DNA of 64,000 nt from assembly GCF_009914755.1 (NCBI RefSeq), contig NC_060936.1; one strand, given 5' to 3'. Below are positions 29,914 through 45,840 of this stretch, piece after piece (position 1 is the stretch's first letter; every line of letters begins with the position of its first letter). The DNA comes from the human T2T-CHM13v2.0 reference genome, Homo sapiens. The position numbers were made by a program, and so were the translations under genes. Under the pieces are notes generated by a model that had not been told where the DNA came from, ran no database searches, and was given only the letters and a program-made list of their open reading frames with translations.

Positions 29914-30850
29914 TATGATACTATTTTTTATATGTTAATAATTTATCCAGGAATTTTGCTAAATCCTCATATAAGTTTAATAGGTTTTGTGAACATTCTG
30001 TTGGATACAAAATCCAATAGAATGATATCATCAGCAAAGAAGGATAATATTGTCTTCTTTCTAATTATGCCTTTTGAAAAATAGCTTAATATTGAAGTCA
30101 CAATAGGAGGCTCTTATCTTGTTCTGATATAGTGCAAATGATTCCGAAGTTTCATCACTTTAGATGAAGGAAGAAGGAAGTTGGAAAACATTCTGTTTAA
30201 TGCTTATTTTGCTCTTATTTTGCAAATTGCTGCTTTTCTTTTTTTTAACTTCCCACACAACACTGACTAGCAAATTGCTTATATCATGAAGTCTTTTGTT
30301 TTCTGTGCTTTTATTATGTAAAAGTTGCTTTTATTATGAATGTTTACCTAAATGGATATTTTCCTTCATCTACTGCATCTCTTGAGAGATCGTATGTCTT
30401 ATCGCCTTCATTTTACTAATACAGTGAATAATATTAGACATTCTGATGTTTGGTTATCTAAGAATTCCTGGGATAAAACCTACTTACTGAAACTATTCTT
30501 TTGGGCACTGGTGATTTAGTTTCTTAGTATTTAATTTAATATCTTTGCATTTATGTTCACAAGTGAGTTGGTCCATAACTCCCTTTTCTTGGACTGTATT
30601 TGCCTGGCTTTGGCATGAAGTCAATTGTAAATTCATGAAATGAATTAGGTAGCTTTTCCAATTTTTCTATTATTTGAAACAAGTTTATGACACGGGGATT
30701 ATCCATTTATTGAAAGTTTGGTTAAAGTCATCTCTAAAGGTATCTGGGTCTGGTCTTTAGGATAAGGTGACTTTCAATTTCTTTAATTTTTTGGGGGGGT
30801 TTATTAGATTTTCTGTGTCTTCTTAAGTCATTTTGGGAAAACTATCCTTT
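29914..30850 (-). mobile_element. Ancient L1ME-like ORF2 fragment (5' piece)
   Basis: Degenerate antisense RT region 'gatatcatcagcaaa', 'tcctgggataaaacctactt', 'tctgggtctggt'. Confidence 0.7.
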
Positions 30851-33800
30851 TCTTCTAAGTTTCGATATGTTTGTTCACAGTATCTCTTACTGTTTTTAAA
30901 ATCTCTATTTTCTTTTAGACTTGTTTTTCTAAATGCATTTTTATTCTACAATTCTAGAAAACAAGGACACATAGGTCCCAAATGTACGTTACACAGTGCC
31001 CCCTCCTCACTATTCAGCAATCCAGATCAATATCTTTATTCAATCATTTTGTCTTCTGATTGGTAACTTTATGAGAAAGACTGAGTCCAATTTGATGATT
31101 TTTAAAAATTTAACATTAGTTATAATCTTACAGTAATCATGAGGAATTTTTATGTAAATACAGGATTTTTTCACGTGAACAGTACATTCTTGTCAAATTT
31201 AGCGAATATTACTGTAATATTCGCTATACACCATATAATCAAATTTTTATAAAAAAGTTTCCAGGCAATCTGTTCCTTGTAATTCCTTAGGCCATAAACT
31301 ACACGGAAATGAGACAAGATCTGCAAAGTGAATGATGACAGTAGTGAGGCAATGCTAAGTGCCAGCTGGGTATGTAAACTAAATAAAGTCTTCAGAAAAA
31401 AGTGACATCTTCTTGATTAATATTCCATTACCAGACATAAACATGTTAGAATTAACTATGGGATCTCTTTTGATGAAAAACCACTATAAATGAATATGGC
31501 TAAGTTAGCAGGCCTTTAAACAATTTGCTTCTTGGCCAAAACAGATGCTGCTTCCTTTCTCTGATCCCCAGATGCCTATGTTTCAAATGTCTTTATAATA
31601 ATGAATTGCTTATTTTTTTCTGAGACATTTTATACCATTCTCTACAGTGTCTAGGAAGAAAATTCAAGGCTGCTGTTTTCCACCAATATCGAGAGGATAA
31701 TCCCTTTATCTTAAAATTATGACATAGATCTCATCAAGATTCCTACTCTGAAAAGTTTCATCAATTATTTTTACTGTTACACTAGGATTATAATGATTAG
31801 TAGTACATGATATTGATTTACCTATAATCTCTGAGAATTCCTTCGACCATTCACATACATATTATTTGCTAACACAAGAAAGTAGGTTAGTGAAAATGAG
31901 TTACAGAGCCCCTTATATAGCACTTTAGGATATAAACCACCAATACAAAGGCAGAGTTTACATTAGATAAACTCTGAGGTCCCTTTGTGCTCTAATAATC
32001 ATTGATTTTATGATCCTAACAGGTGATTTGCTTTCAAGTAAAGACTGTGGGGCATCTTACTGTGATTTTTCTATGTGGTGGCTGAAATTTTCATTTATAC
32101 TGTCACATTATTATTTTAAAGGAAAGCGCATTTGAAAATGTTTTCATTCATCTGCTCTACCTTTATTATCTTATGGATACCTTTCTATGATTTTGCCTCC
32201 CTTTCTTTGTATCTGTTGCCCTTTTTATTATTATTTTTGCTCTGATTTTGGTGCCTTCTCATCATTGTTCTCTTTTCTATTGTTTTTACCTTTTGTTTTG
32301 GTGGCTTTCCTTGGAAAAAAGTGGAAAAGCATTATTTGATTTTACTAGTACTTGTAAGATGCATCTTCCTAGATAGGTTCATAGAATGGTATACCGTAGG
32401 TAAAAAGTGGAAAAAAAAAAGTCTAATTTGTGTGTTCTTTCTAAGAGTGGTTCAGTCCTATCTCTGCTGCATAATATAGGTCAGAGTATTTAATTTGATC
32501 TGATAGGGTAATATTAATTGTTACTTTCTAGAGTCATTGAGAAGAATAAATAAGTTAACATGCGTACTTATTTGCCATTAAGGCTAGGTTTTAATTAGTT
32601 GTCTGTACAAAATTCCCAGTTTCTTGAGTTAGCACAGTGAACTGAGAGTCTTTCATGTGAACACCTATGTTGATTCATTCAGTCAGAAGCAAAATTGTAT
32701 ATTTCTACTCCTGTTCTAAAACCCTTGGAATTTATTTTTGCATGTATTTTCTAGTGTTTTTAAATTTTTTCTAATATAAATAAATCTTTGCCATCTCTTT
32801 AGGGACTGAACCTTCCCTTTCAAGTTTGATTTTCCAAGTGGTCCTCTGAGGAATGTTGGCTCAGTTTTGGTATGGAGGGTCTGGCTCAGTTTTGGTATGG
32901 AGGCTATGACAGGTAGAGAAATAGGGCTCCAAGAGAAATGGTGTTTCTTTGCAAGTCATGACCTCCAGTGAGATCAGTACCTGTCTTCTAGCTGAGAGGA
33001 CCCATTTCATAAGATGAAGCTAGGGAGGCCTCATGGGTTTCAGGGCTTAGAGGTAAATTCAGTCTTCTATACTCAACAAAATTTTGTAATTCTATTTCTC
33101 AGGGTTCCAATTTTTCCAGTCAATACCCTAACTTTCACAACCTTCAAACAAGAGATGCTCTGAGGTTGAGAATTAAACCTTCATTGCAGTGTATGTGTGC
33201 TAAGGTTTGCCTCTGCCTGTGCTTTTTGACTACATCAACGCTGTGGATGTAAGACATAGATTTCTGAGGACGTTCACATAAACGTCCCAATTCTCTGATC
33301 ATTCTTGGGACTGAGAATTAAAAACCCGGATTCTATAATTTTCATTGTAATGTTAAGTGGGCTTTTTTATAAAAAGACCACCCCATCCCACAGTCCTGTA
33401 TTTTACCTGCTATACATATTATATAAAGGCAGTCACCACTTAATCCACCAACGCCACAACTTCAATTGGCATTTTATTCAAGGTGAACACAGGTAAATTT
33501 AAGTTTCCTTAGATTATCAGTATTTGTATCCTTTAATGCTACCCAGATTGACATTACTCAAAACCAACTAGGTCAAATATTAACAATCAGACATTCTTGA
33601 CCTTGAAAACCTGTTGCCCACAACCGTTTCTAGTACCAAATACTATATGTTAAAGTTCAGTTACAGATAATGGAAACCTCTCTGGCTAGTTTGAAAAAAA
33701 GAACAAATATAGGAAATTACATGTTTCCAAAACAGTTGGTTCAACTAGGAAAATAAACTGTGAGATGGGCTTCTGGGAAAATCTCCAGAACACTACAGTG

Positions 33801-34099
33801 TTGGCCTGCTCCCTCTTTTTATGGTCAACAAGCTGAGGTATCAGGAAACTGCTGCCACTACTATTGCTTCAGGACCTCACTGTTGCAACCATGATTCAAG
33901 CCAGCAAATCAATGCCCAATGATCGGCTTGCAATATGCATAAACACAGGCAAATGGGCACTGGGCAGAAAGCACAAACACTTCCATAATTGTGCTAGTAG
34001 GCAGGAGGAGCAGAAGTGTGGCCTCCACTCTTCACTTCCACTTTCTGACTTTCAGTAATGTACCTTCAGATTATGTCCGTCTGAATATATTTATGCCTG

Positions 34100-35240
34100 T
34101 CACATTTTTTATAACCAATATTGAACAATAGACCAAAGTTTATTTAACCACTCCCATAAGGAGGGACACTTAGGTTGTTTGTATTTTTTTGTTAATATAA
34201 ATAATGCTGAAATGAACATATTTGTATGAGCCTTCTTAGCCACACATTAAATGTTTGTAGCCAGCATGGAAATGAAGTAGTAGAATTTCTAAATCATAGG
34301 GCATGCTCATTTTCAACTGGAATAGATAATACCAAATCATTAAATTGCCTTCCTAGGCTACTGTTCCAATTTACTTTTTATCCATAATGTTTAGCAATAT
34401 CTACTTCTACAAATCCTTAACAATAGTTGAAATTATCAAAAGTTTTAAAATTTGCTAATTTTGAGAGTAAAAAGTTGGCCTTATTTAAATTTTCATACAC
34501 CCAATTATAAGTGAGATTGAGCATCTTTTTAATTTAATGTTTTTATTTCACCTGTGAATTACCCAATTTATGACCTATGCTCCTTATCTTTTATTCATTT
34601 TACTTTTCTTTTCCTTTTGATTTGATTTGCCATTAATTATTTATGACTTTTAATTTTTATGACTTGTTTAGGCAGGCCTATCTTCCCTGACGTCATAAAC
34701 ATAGTCTTCTGTATTTCCTTGTTTTATTTTTGTAGCTTTGATTTTTATGTTTTGGTTTTTAATTCATTATAGTTTTTTGAATGCTGTGAGGTGGTCTAAT
34801 CTTACCCGCTTATTACAGTAATTAGCCTCTTATCTCGATATCATTTATTGAATAGTCCATGCTGACTTCAAATGCTAATTTTCTCTTGAATTAAACTTTT
34901 ATATATTATGAATCTTTTTCTTGCTTTCTAATTGATTCCACTGAATAATTCTGTAAAATCACAACCCTATAGTAATTTGTATAGCTTTAAAATATATTTT
35001 TATGTCTTATTATTAGTCTTTTCAAAATTATATTAGCTATCTTATTCTTTCATAAGAATTTCTTATTTAACCTTAGCATTTCCATAATATATTATTTTTG
35101 GCTTTTGATTAGGGTTGCATGGACTTACAGATTAATCTATATATTTATAACATTGCATCCGTAAATTAGTATAGCTCTCCCAAGACTTTTAGTACGGTTT
35201 TAATTTTAGCTCAAAAAAGATTTAAATTTCATGTTAGTTT
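34100..35240 (-). mobile_element. Ancient L1ME 3' fragment
   Basis: 'ggacacttaggttgtttg', 'gtgagattgagcatctttt'. Confidence 0.6.
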
Positions 35241-36649
35241 TTATGTTGGTCAAAGTAAGTTATTCTAGCTAAAACAGTTAGATTTTCTCGCTCACATCAC
35301 AGTGCAGTGTGGTCCAGGCTGAATGGTGTTAGGCTTCACCCAGTCATTCTGGGAGTTTGGACTGACGCTCTGCTATGATCAACAAGAGACTCCCAAGTTG
35401 TCCTGTGTCTTATTATCTAGCAGGAAAACAGAACAGAGAGAGCGTGTGTGAAGAATAATTCAGGACACTTTATGAAATTGTATACTAATTGTATACATAA
35501 TTGGAAATTATACAATTTCCAGCCTTGGAAATTGTATACATAACTGTTGTCTACATTCAGAACTTGCCTCACTTTGCTGGCAGAGAGGCAAGGAAGGTAG
35601 TTTTCATGTAAGTCCAGGAGGAAAGTAAAATGATTTTGGTGAACTCATAAAATTGTCTCCTCAGCCTACTGATAAAGTCCAAGATAATCAACTGAGAAAC
35701 GATTAAAACTAGCGAGAGCTCAGTAAGGTAATTGAAACCAAGATTAGCTTACAAAAAGAACTCATCCATTTTACATATTAGTAATGACCAATAAGAAAAT
35801 ATAATAGCTGATATGACAAAGAATTTTCTTCCTGTGGTATTATATTGTTTCCAAATAGTAAATGTTTTGGCTTTTCCTTTCTAATTTTTTGAACATGTAT
35901 GTTTATTTTCAATTTTACATTTAAATACTGGAATATCTCATGATATTGAATTGAATAGGACGCACTCTCTTATTTGTGATAATAAAATTGCAATTGGTTA
36001 AAAAAAATTCCTGGAATGCCGCTGGCTGGATTTCTGAAATGTTTGTCTTGATGAAACTTCTTGCTTCATAATGAAAGACATGATTTTGAGATCATGCTGC
36101 TGATAATGCCACTCTACTTGTGTGACTCTGTGCTTTCTCTTTCCAAAGAGACAATTTTCTTATTTTTAATGTGCATTCAACATGTGTTTCTAGAAATTAA
36201 GTTTTTATTTTGTTATGGTTTTAAAATACAACAGTTAAATACGAGTCGTAGTGATAATTTAAATACAGACAGGTTAATTTAGTATTCCCATCAGAATTGT
36301 TTCTGTATTTCAGTTGCCCACATGGCCTATAGGCTACCAAACTGTATTGTAGAAATTATTTGATTTGTTATTACTTTTTATTGTTGGTGTAAATAGTAAA
36401 ATTTGCATGCAAGGAATGCAGAGTTCAAGCTCTTCTTTCACCATTTGTAATTTACTGAGCCAGCTACTTAACTTTTCTTGCCTTGATTCAATTTCTGAAG
36501 AGACTAAAAACGTTTTTCCTAACTAAATGATGTGAGCTGAACAGATGTCTTTCTGTCCCAGTTTTTATGGCAAACTCATTTTTCCGCAATTTTTTATTGC
36601 CAATTTTAGTACTGATAACTTCCCAAATTATGCCTCCAGGACTGGTCTC

Positions 36650-38582
<1,933 letters not shown>

Positions 38583-39020
38583 TGTGTTAGTCTGTTTTCA
38601 CATTGCTATAAAGAAATACCTGAGAATAGGTAATTTATAAAGAAAAGAGGTTTATTGGCTCACAGTTCTGCAGGCTGTATGGGAAACATGATGCTGGCAC
38701 CTGCTTGGCTTTTGGGGAGGCCTCAGAAAACGGATAATTATGGCAGAAGGAGAATGGGGAGCAGGCATTTCACATGGCAGGAGCAGGAGCAACATAGAAT
38801 GAGGGATGGAGGAGAGGCTACACATTTTTAAACAACCAGATCTCATGAGAACTTGCTCACTATCCACCATCATGAAGACAGTACCCAGGAGGATGACGCT
38901 AAACCATTCTTGAGAAATCTGCTCCCGTGATCCAATCACCTCCCACTAGGCCTCACCTCCAACACTAGGGATTACAATTTGACATGAGATTAGATGGGAA
39001 CGTAGATCCGAACTGTATCA
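38583..39020 (-). mobile_element. MSTA-like solo LTR
   Basis: TG...CA ends, 'ctcacagttctgcaggctgta'. TSD GGAAC. Confidence 0.9.
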
Positions 39021-39119
39021 GGAACTATTACACTTTCCATGCCTTTGTACTTCTGAACTTCCTTCTTCTTGAAATGTCATTCCCCCTTTTAACCCTTTGC
39101 CAAGTCTAATTTCATAACT

Positions 39120-39760
39120 TAAATTTAGTTTAGCAAATACTTATTGAATAAATTCTACAAGTCAGGTGCTTCTATTAAATAGTTAGGAAACAATTGGGAA
39201 CCAGATAAGCATAGTCTAGTTCTATTTGCAGAGATAGACAATTAATAAGCGGTTACAGTGGAGTATGTTAGTGCTATGATGCAGCTGGAACTTAAAAGAA
39301 GTTGCTAACCCATCTTTGGAGATTGAGAGAGACTTTCAAAGGAAATCTGACTGATCCTTCAGGACCCAAGTCCTAATATCTGCTACTGAATAAAACCCTC
39401 AGACTTGCCCTGTGCTGTTTGCAACCACTCTTCCATCATCCTTTATGTTTTTTTTTTTCACTTCCTTTCTGTATCAATTTCTTTGACCAATCTTTTTGTC
39501 TTCTGATCCCAAGACTTGATGTATTTCCCTACTCATGTGATCTAAGCATCCTTACTCACTCTGTATTTTAGTAAGTATCGCATTGTAACATTGTAGTGTA
39601 ACAAACTGTTGTGATAATAAACTTGTGTGTCTCTTTTACCAAATTGTAAGTGCCCTGAGAGCAAGGAGGGGATTTTATTTTGCTCATTTTGTATCCCCAG
39701 AGTCTAGTACTTTGTTTGGCATGTAGTGTCTGCTAAGTATTTGATAAATAAAAAACATTA
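39120..39760. mobile_element. L2 3'-end fragments in both orientations
   Basis: 'agcaaatacttattgaat' (-) and 'gtatccccagagtctagtac...aagtatttgataaataa' (+). Confidence 0.55.
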
Positions 39761-40689
39761 ATAAAGATTACCAAAAACATATGTAAAATACAAAACATTA
39801 TATGTGAATTTTTCAAGTAGTGGTAATATAGGGTACTTTTGAAAAACTAGTATCTATTATATATTGCCACTCCTGCCTGAGTTTAAACTAAAACCAGGAA
39901 AACATGTGTTCTTTTGCGGTTTTCTACGAACACAAAATTTCGTGAACATTTCTCTTAGAGGAAACTTGTAGGATTTGAATTCCAACCAAATATGAACAGT
40001 TAAAAAGAGATTCAAAATAAGACTTACACGTGCAAAGACATTTTATCATAACTTCTATGCCAGAACACAGATTTTATTTATAAAATAGCTTAGTTTTCAA
40101 AAATATGGATTCTGAGATTATTTTGACAGCATCATATTTTGTAATGGAATCATTAAAACAGAGCTGAGATACTATTTCTCTCTTTAAAAACTACTATCGT
40201 GTTTATATGCTCTGTCAAGTTTCAGTGTTTTCATTCTCATCTTTTCCTTTTCATATATTTTTATTTTCTGTGTTGCTTATATTCTAATTATTTTTTCCCA
40301 AAACGTGTTCAATTGTCTCTTTTATATTGAGTGGAAAACACAAATGAAATATGGCTTTTTATTGATTAGTACATGCAGTTTTTGAAAGGCATTTGGAGAC
40401 TGTATGAAAGAATACATTTCATATAACTACCTAACACCATTTTCAGATTTACTATCAATAAGTAAATTAATGAATGTTTCCTTATATGAAGATCACTCAG
40501 TGTATAAATCTGATTTCTCAAATCTGTGTATGAGCTTCTGAAAATTAAGAAAAATAAAACAAACAAAAATAGACAAAAGCAAAACCACAAAATGCTGTGC
40601 CTGCCTAGTCATCATATATGGAATTCTACCTCTACACATGCCCTACCCATATACCCAGGGCATCCACGCACCCTCTTGGTGTCCTACTC

Positions 40690-41370
40690 ACATGACAGAA
40701 ATTAAAAGAAAATAACAGAAGAAAAGATACAGTTCACGAAAAATAATGATTTGTAAAATTTAATTTCTCCCTAAAAGAATGAGTAATTATAAAATCCAAA
40801 AAATAGGAACAGAACACCATAAAAGAGAAATACCTGAAGAAGTAGAAGTCTTTATAATTAAGTGCACAAAAACATTAAAAAAATTTTTGGAAGATAAGTT
40901 TGAAGACATTTCAGAGAATATAGAACAGAAAGGCAAGGGGATGAAAAACATAAAGTCCAGTTTTTAAAAATGGGGAATTGGTACCTCCAAATAGTACCAA
41001 TTTGAAGAATGGTATAAAAATACCTCTATTCCCAAACATCTTTCTCAAGAAGCTACTACAGATATTGTTTCACTAAAACAGGAGACCAAATCAAGACAGA
41101 CGAATATATGGAATCTGGGAAACAGAAAAACTCAAGAATCAGTGAGACATAAAGGGATTTTTCAGGATATAGCTTAGCTAAAGGGTAATCCCACATAACA
41201 TAAATGCCTCAGATCTTCAGAGTAACTAGTCCATGTAAAATCAGGACAGAGAGACCCAAAAGGGACTTTATAAGAAAAAAAGAAGCTGAGATAATCAATT
41301 ACTTAATGCATATGGCTATTTTGAGAAGAGGTATACAATCCAATCCTTTCATGATTTTGGAAGAATTAGT
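40690..41370 (+). mobile_element. Ancient HAL1/L1 ORF1-like fragment
   Basis: ORF1-like peptide 40779-40967 (LEDKFEDISENIEQKGK), 'ctttctcaagaagctacta'. Confidence 0.5.
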
Positions 41371-41756
41371 ACTACAGTCTCAGCATTCAGTCAGGGAAAC
41401 AACCACAATGAGTGTTCAAGGATAATTATAGGCTTAAGTTGTACATAGTGTAGAAGCTGGGACTGTGAAGTGTGGAAGGGGCAATAGGAGAATTAGAGAA
41501 TTAAACCACTAGCCAGCCCCCCGAAAGCCCTGGCACAGGTGGATAAGTTGGAGCTTGTAGGAAAATCTGAGAAGCCAAGTATGTCCAGCTGCCGAAAGGG
41601 ATTTCCCAGAGGGGAGCTTGTGGAGAGGTCTATGGGAAGCTCTTACTTCTGTATATCTGACAGTGGGCTCGAAGTCACTGTTGGTCAGCAGAGCCAGGGT
41701 CCAGAAGAACTGGACAGGGAGTGGAGGAGAGCAAGCGGGAGGCACCTCTGTATTTG

Positions 41757-42143
41757 TGATATGGTTTAGCTCTATGTCCCCCACCCAAATCTCATAGTTG
41801 AATTGTAATACCCAATGGTGCGGGAGGGATCTGGTGGGAGGTGATTGAATTATGAGGGCAGATTTCCCCCTTGCTGTTCTTGTGATAGTGAGTGAGTTCT
41901 CATAAGATCTGATGGTTTGAAAGTGTGCAGCACTTCCTGCTTTGCTCTTTCTCTTTCCTCCACCATGTGAAGAAGGTGCTTGCTTCCCTTTTGCCTTTCC
42001 ACCATGATTGCAAGTGTTCCAAGGCTTCCTCAACCATGCCTCTTGTACAGCCTGCAGGACTGTGAGTCAATTAAATGTCTTTTCTTCATAAATTACCTAG
42101 TGTCAGGTATGTCTTTTTGGCAGTATGAGAATGGACTAATAAA
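41757..42143 (+). mobile_element. MSTA/THE1D-like solo LTR
   Basis: 'tgatatggtttagctc...gagaatggactaata'. TSD ATTTG. Confidence 0.9.
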
Positions 42144-42464
42144 ATTTGTCATAATTCTGTCCATAAAAATATACTTGGAAAGCTTATTCAATGCTTCATC
42201 TCCACCTCCAAAATCTTGCACAAATTTCCGTTTTGGCCCATTCTAACTTGGAACTATACAGAAAAATGAATTGTGGGAAACATTTCCCAAATTAAGTAAG
42301 TTAACAACAGAGCAATTCAACATAAGTAGATATCAGAGGCTAAAATAGCAAATTAAACAAACAAACAAAAACCAATTCTAGGGAACTGTTGACTCCAGGG
42401 TAAGAAACTTCTGCATGAGAAACAAATACAGCATTTCCCATGGCTCATCTCTGAATAATATTAA

Positions 42465-42823
<359 letters not shown>

Positions 42824-44003
42824 AAATCAGGGAAGGAAATATCATAAGAAAAATAGGGACTGAGAAAACGTCATAGGCAGTAAAACATTTCTGATTCCTT
42901 AGGGTAAAATTACAATAAATGGGTACCATTAAACTCTTAGTGGAAACAGCAATTTCCTCCAACCTATGAGTAAAATCCATTTGCAAATCACTAGTGAGAA
43001 TTTACTTACTTTGTAAAACAATAGCAGAGTACATGCACAATTATAATAATTTTAAAATGCATTTTTGTGATCCTATTAATAGCTCATCCCAAAAAAATTG
43101 AAACATGAATTACTTAATTGCCTTAGAGCAGTAGCTAGCTCACAATTAGCAACACATTGGTTTGTGCTGTTTGCAATTTTGAGGGTGACTTGTTAACTAA
43201 TACTGAACGTACTATGTTTTAATTAAACTTAACTAATCACTTAAGAAAATCCTCTTAGTGAGAATTTCAGGTATGCAAACAAGTTCTTGAGAAGTCTGTT
43301 ATTGAAATAACTACTGGTTTAGTCCAATTGGTAGTGATATTTGAGCTTAATATTTTTTGGATAAATGCATTAACTAATCAAATAATTGGTCTAACATGAG
43401 TGGAATCTAATGTTTAAAGTTTTCAAGGAAACTGTAAAAAAGGATACAGGATTAGAACATACTCTAAGACAGGAGTATTTCCATATAAGGGCACTTAATC
43501 CAGTGAGCAGGAACAAGGTACTATAATACCATTCTGTAACTTCCTCATAATCAATACGTTGATTGATGAACAATTTCAGATTGTTATCTATGAATTTTGA
43601 GTCAATGTGAGCATTTTAGGGATTCTAGTCATTAGGTTAAACATTCTTAGAAAGACAGGATATATTTGGACACTGACAAGTTTCAATTCTTGCTTGAGAA
43701 TCTTTAAGATTTTATGTGATAAGAGTGTGGACCATTAAATTCCACTGAGTTACACTCTTGTACTTTTTAAGTCAGGGTAAAACAGTGAGCTAATCTGTAG
43801 ATGGTAGAGGAGAGACAGAGAGAGAGAATGAAATAAACATTCAGAGAGAACTAGAGTATACAAAGAAAAAGAAAAAATGGCTGCTTGACTCTGAAGGATT
43901 TCCAGTTTTTTGTCCTACTTTAAGAAGCGATACTGTGTGTCCTGCTCTTGAATTCCATACGTAGGCAAATATCTTTACAATATATCCCACCCCAGCAACA
44001 CCT

Positions 44004-44114
44004 CAGTGATCCACTGTCCCGATTTGCTCAGAACCTTCCCAGTTCTAGCAATGAAAGTCCCACATTCTTGGAAATCCTTCAGTCCCAGATAAATATGGAC
44101 TGACAGTCACCGTA
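44004..44114. mobile_element. MER94-like hAT MITE
   Basis: 'tgtcccgatttgctcaga...ccagttctagcaatgaaagtcccac...gtcaccgta'. Confidence 0.65.
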
Positions 44115-44564
44115 ATCTGCATATTTTCCTCGTAAGCTAATGTGATATGGGTTTTGGAAAATACCAACCAGGAAAGCCTTGATTAAGACAGACGCTTTTA
44201 AGTTACATGCAACTGATGAAGGCCTTTTGCGTCCAAAACCTCTGTTACACATCTTACCTGCTGCTTGGTTCTATTATTTACAACTCAGCAAATGATGAAG
44301 CATGAGCAGGAGAGTTGGCATAAGCAGAGATGAGTTAATTTTAACTAAATCAGGCAGTTACTTCAGATTGGAGTGATCTGTGTTGAAAGGAATTACTCCC
44401 AAAAAACATATTCATTAAAATATGTTGCAATTTTTAATGTCCTCTGAGTTACATTTGGTCACAAAGTAGTTTTAAGACAGCAAATTTTACCAAGCAATTC
44501 ACTGTACTGAAATAATGCTCTTTCCTTTCACACACCTATAATAAAGTAAATGTTTTGCTCTTAA

Positions 44565-44672
44565 TTATATATATATATAATATATATATAATATATAATA
44601 TATATATATTATATATATAATATATAATATATATATATAATATATATATAATATATATATTATATATATATA
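44565..44672. repeat. Imperfect (TA)n microsatellite
   Basis: Seen directly. Confidence 0.95.
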
Positions 44673-44711
44673 CTTAATCAGGGACGTTATACTTCATAAA
44701 TTGATTTGCTG

Positions 44712-44993
44712 CCTTTGAAATTGTTTGGCTGTCAATATTTGCAGCTGATACAGTTAAATGACTGCATGATCTGCAAAAGAGGTCAATGAATGCAAGGGAG
44801 GTCAATGCCATAAAAAAGCTGAGGAGATGATTACTTAAGAAATGACAGCAGCAACAGTCTGAGCAGCAACACAGAGACCACCCAGAGAGGCTGCCTGTCA
44901 GCTGTGGCTGCCCCCACCCACACCCAGTTTGAGAAAAGAAATGATGACAGCCTAGTGAAGAGGCACAACTCTTACCAATAAAAAAGACTGTCA
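44712..44993. promoter_or_regulatory. Candidate enhancer (TGACAG cluster with HOX/CDX-like sites)
   Basis: Five TGACAG/CTGTCA within 265 bp, plus CCATAAAA, CCAATAAAA, two CAGCTG and two GAGGTCAATG. Motif content only. Confidence 0.4.
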
Positions 44994-45299
44994 GCAGCTT
45001 TGCAGATGGGCTCAGAAAAGCCTCTTAGCCTATAACACACTTATCTCTCCTCAAATATCCCTAGCTTTCTACATATTTATTAGGGCCATCAGTAAATGAA
45101 GAGCAGGGGAGTATGAAAAAAATATGACTCATGGGGATGTCTTGTATCCATACAGCTCTTCAATGAACATTTTCTTTGACCCTCTTAACAAAATGTTGGA
45201 GAGGCAAGGCAGTGGAATTATAATTATTCTATTTTGCAGATCAGAAATAAGGAGAGTTCTGTGGTCTTGCTCAACTGGTTAATACCACTATGTTATTAC

Positions 45300-45840
<541 letters not shown>

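Noticed and set aside
41509-42033. 174-aa ORF as a gene
   Set aside because: It runs antisense through an MST LTR into adjacent old repeat-like sequence. It is a chance frame.
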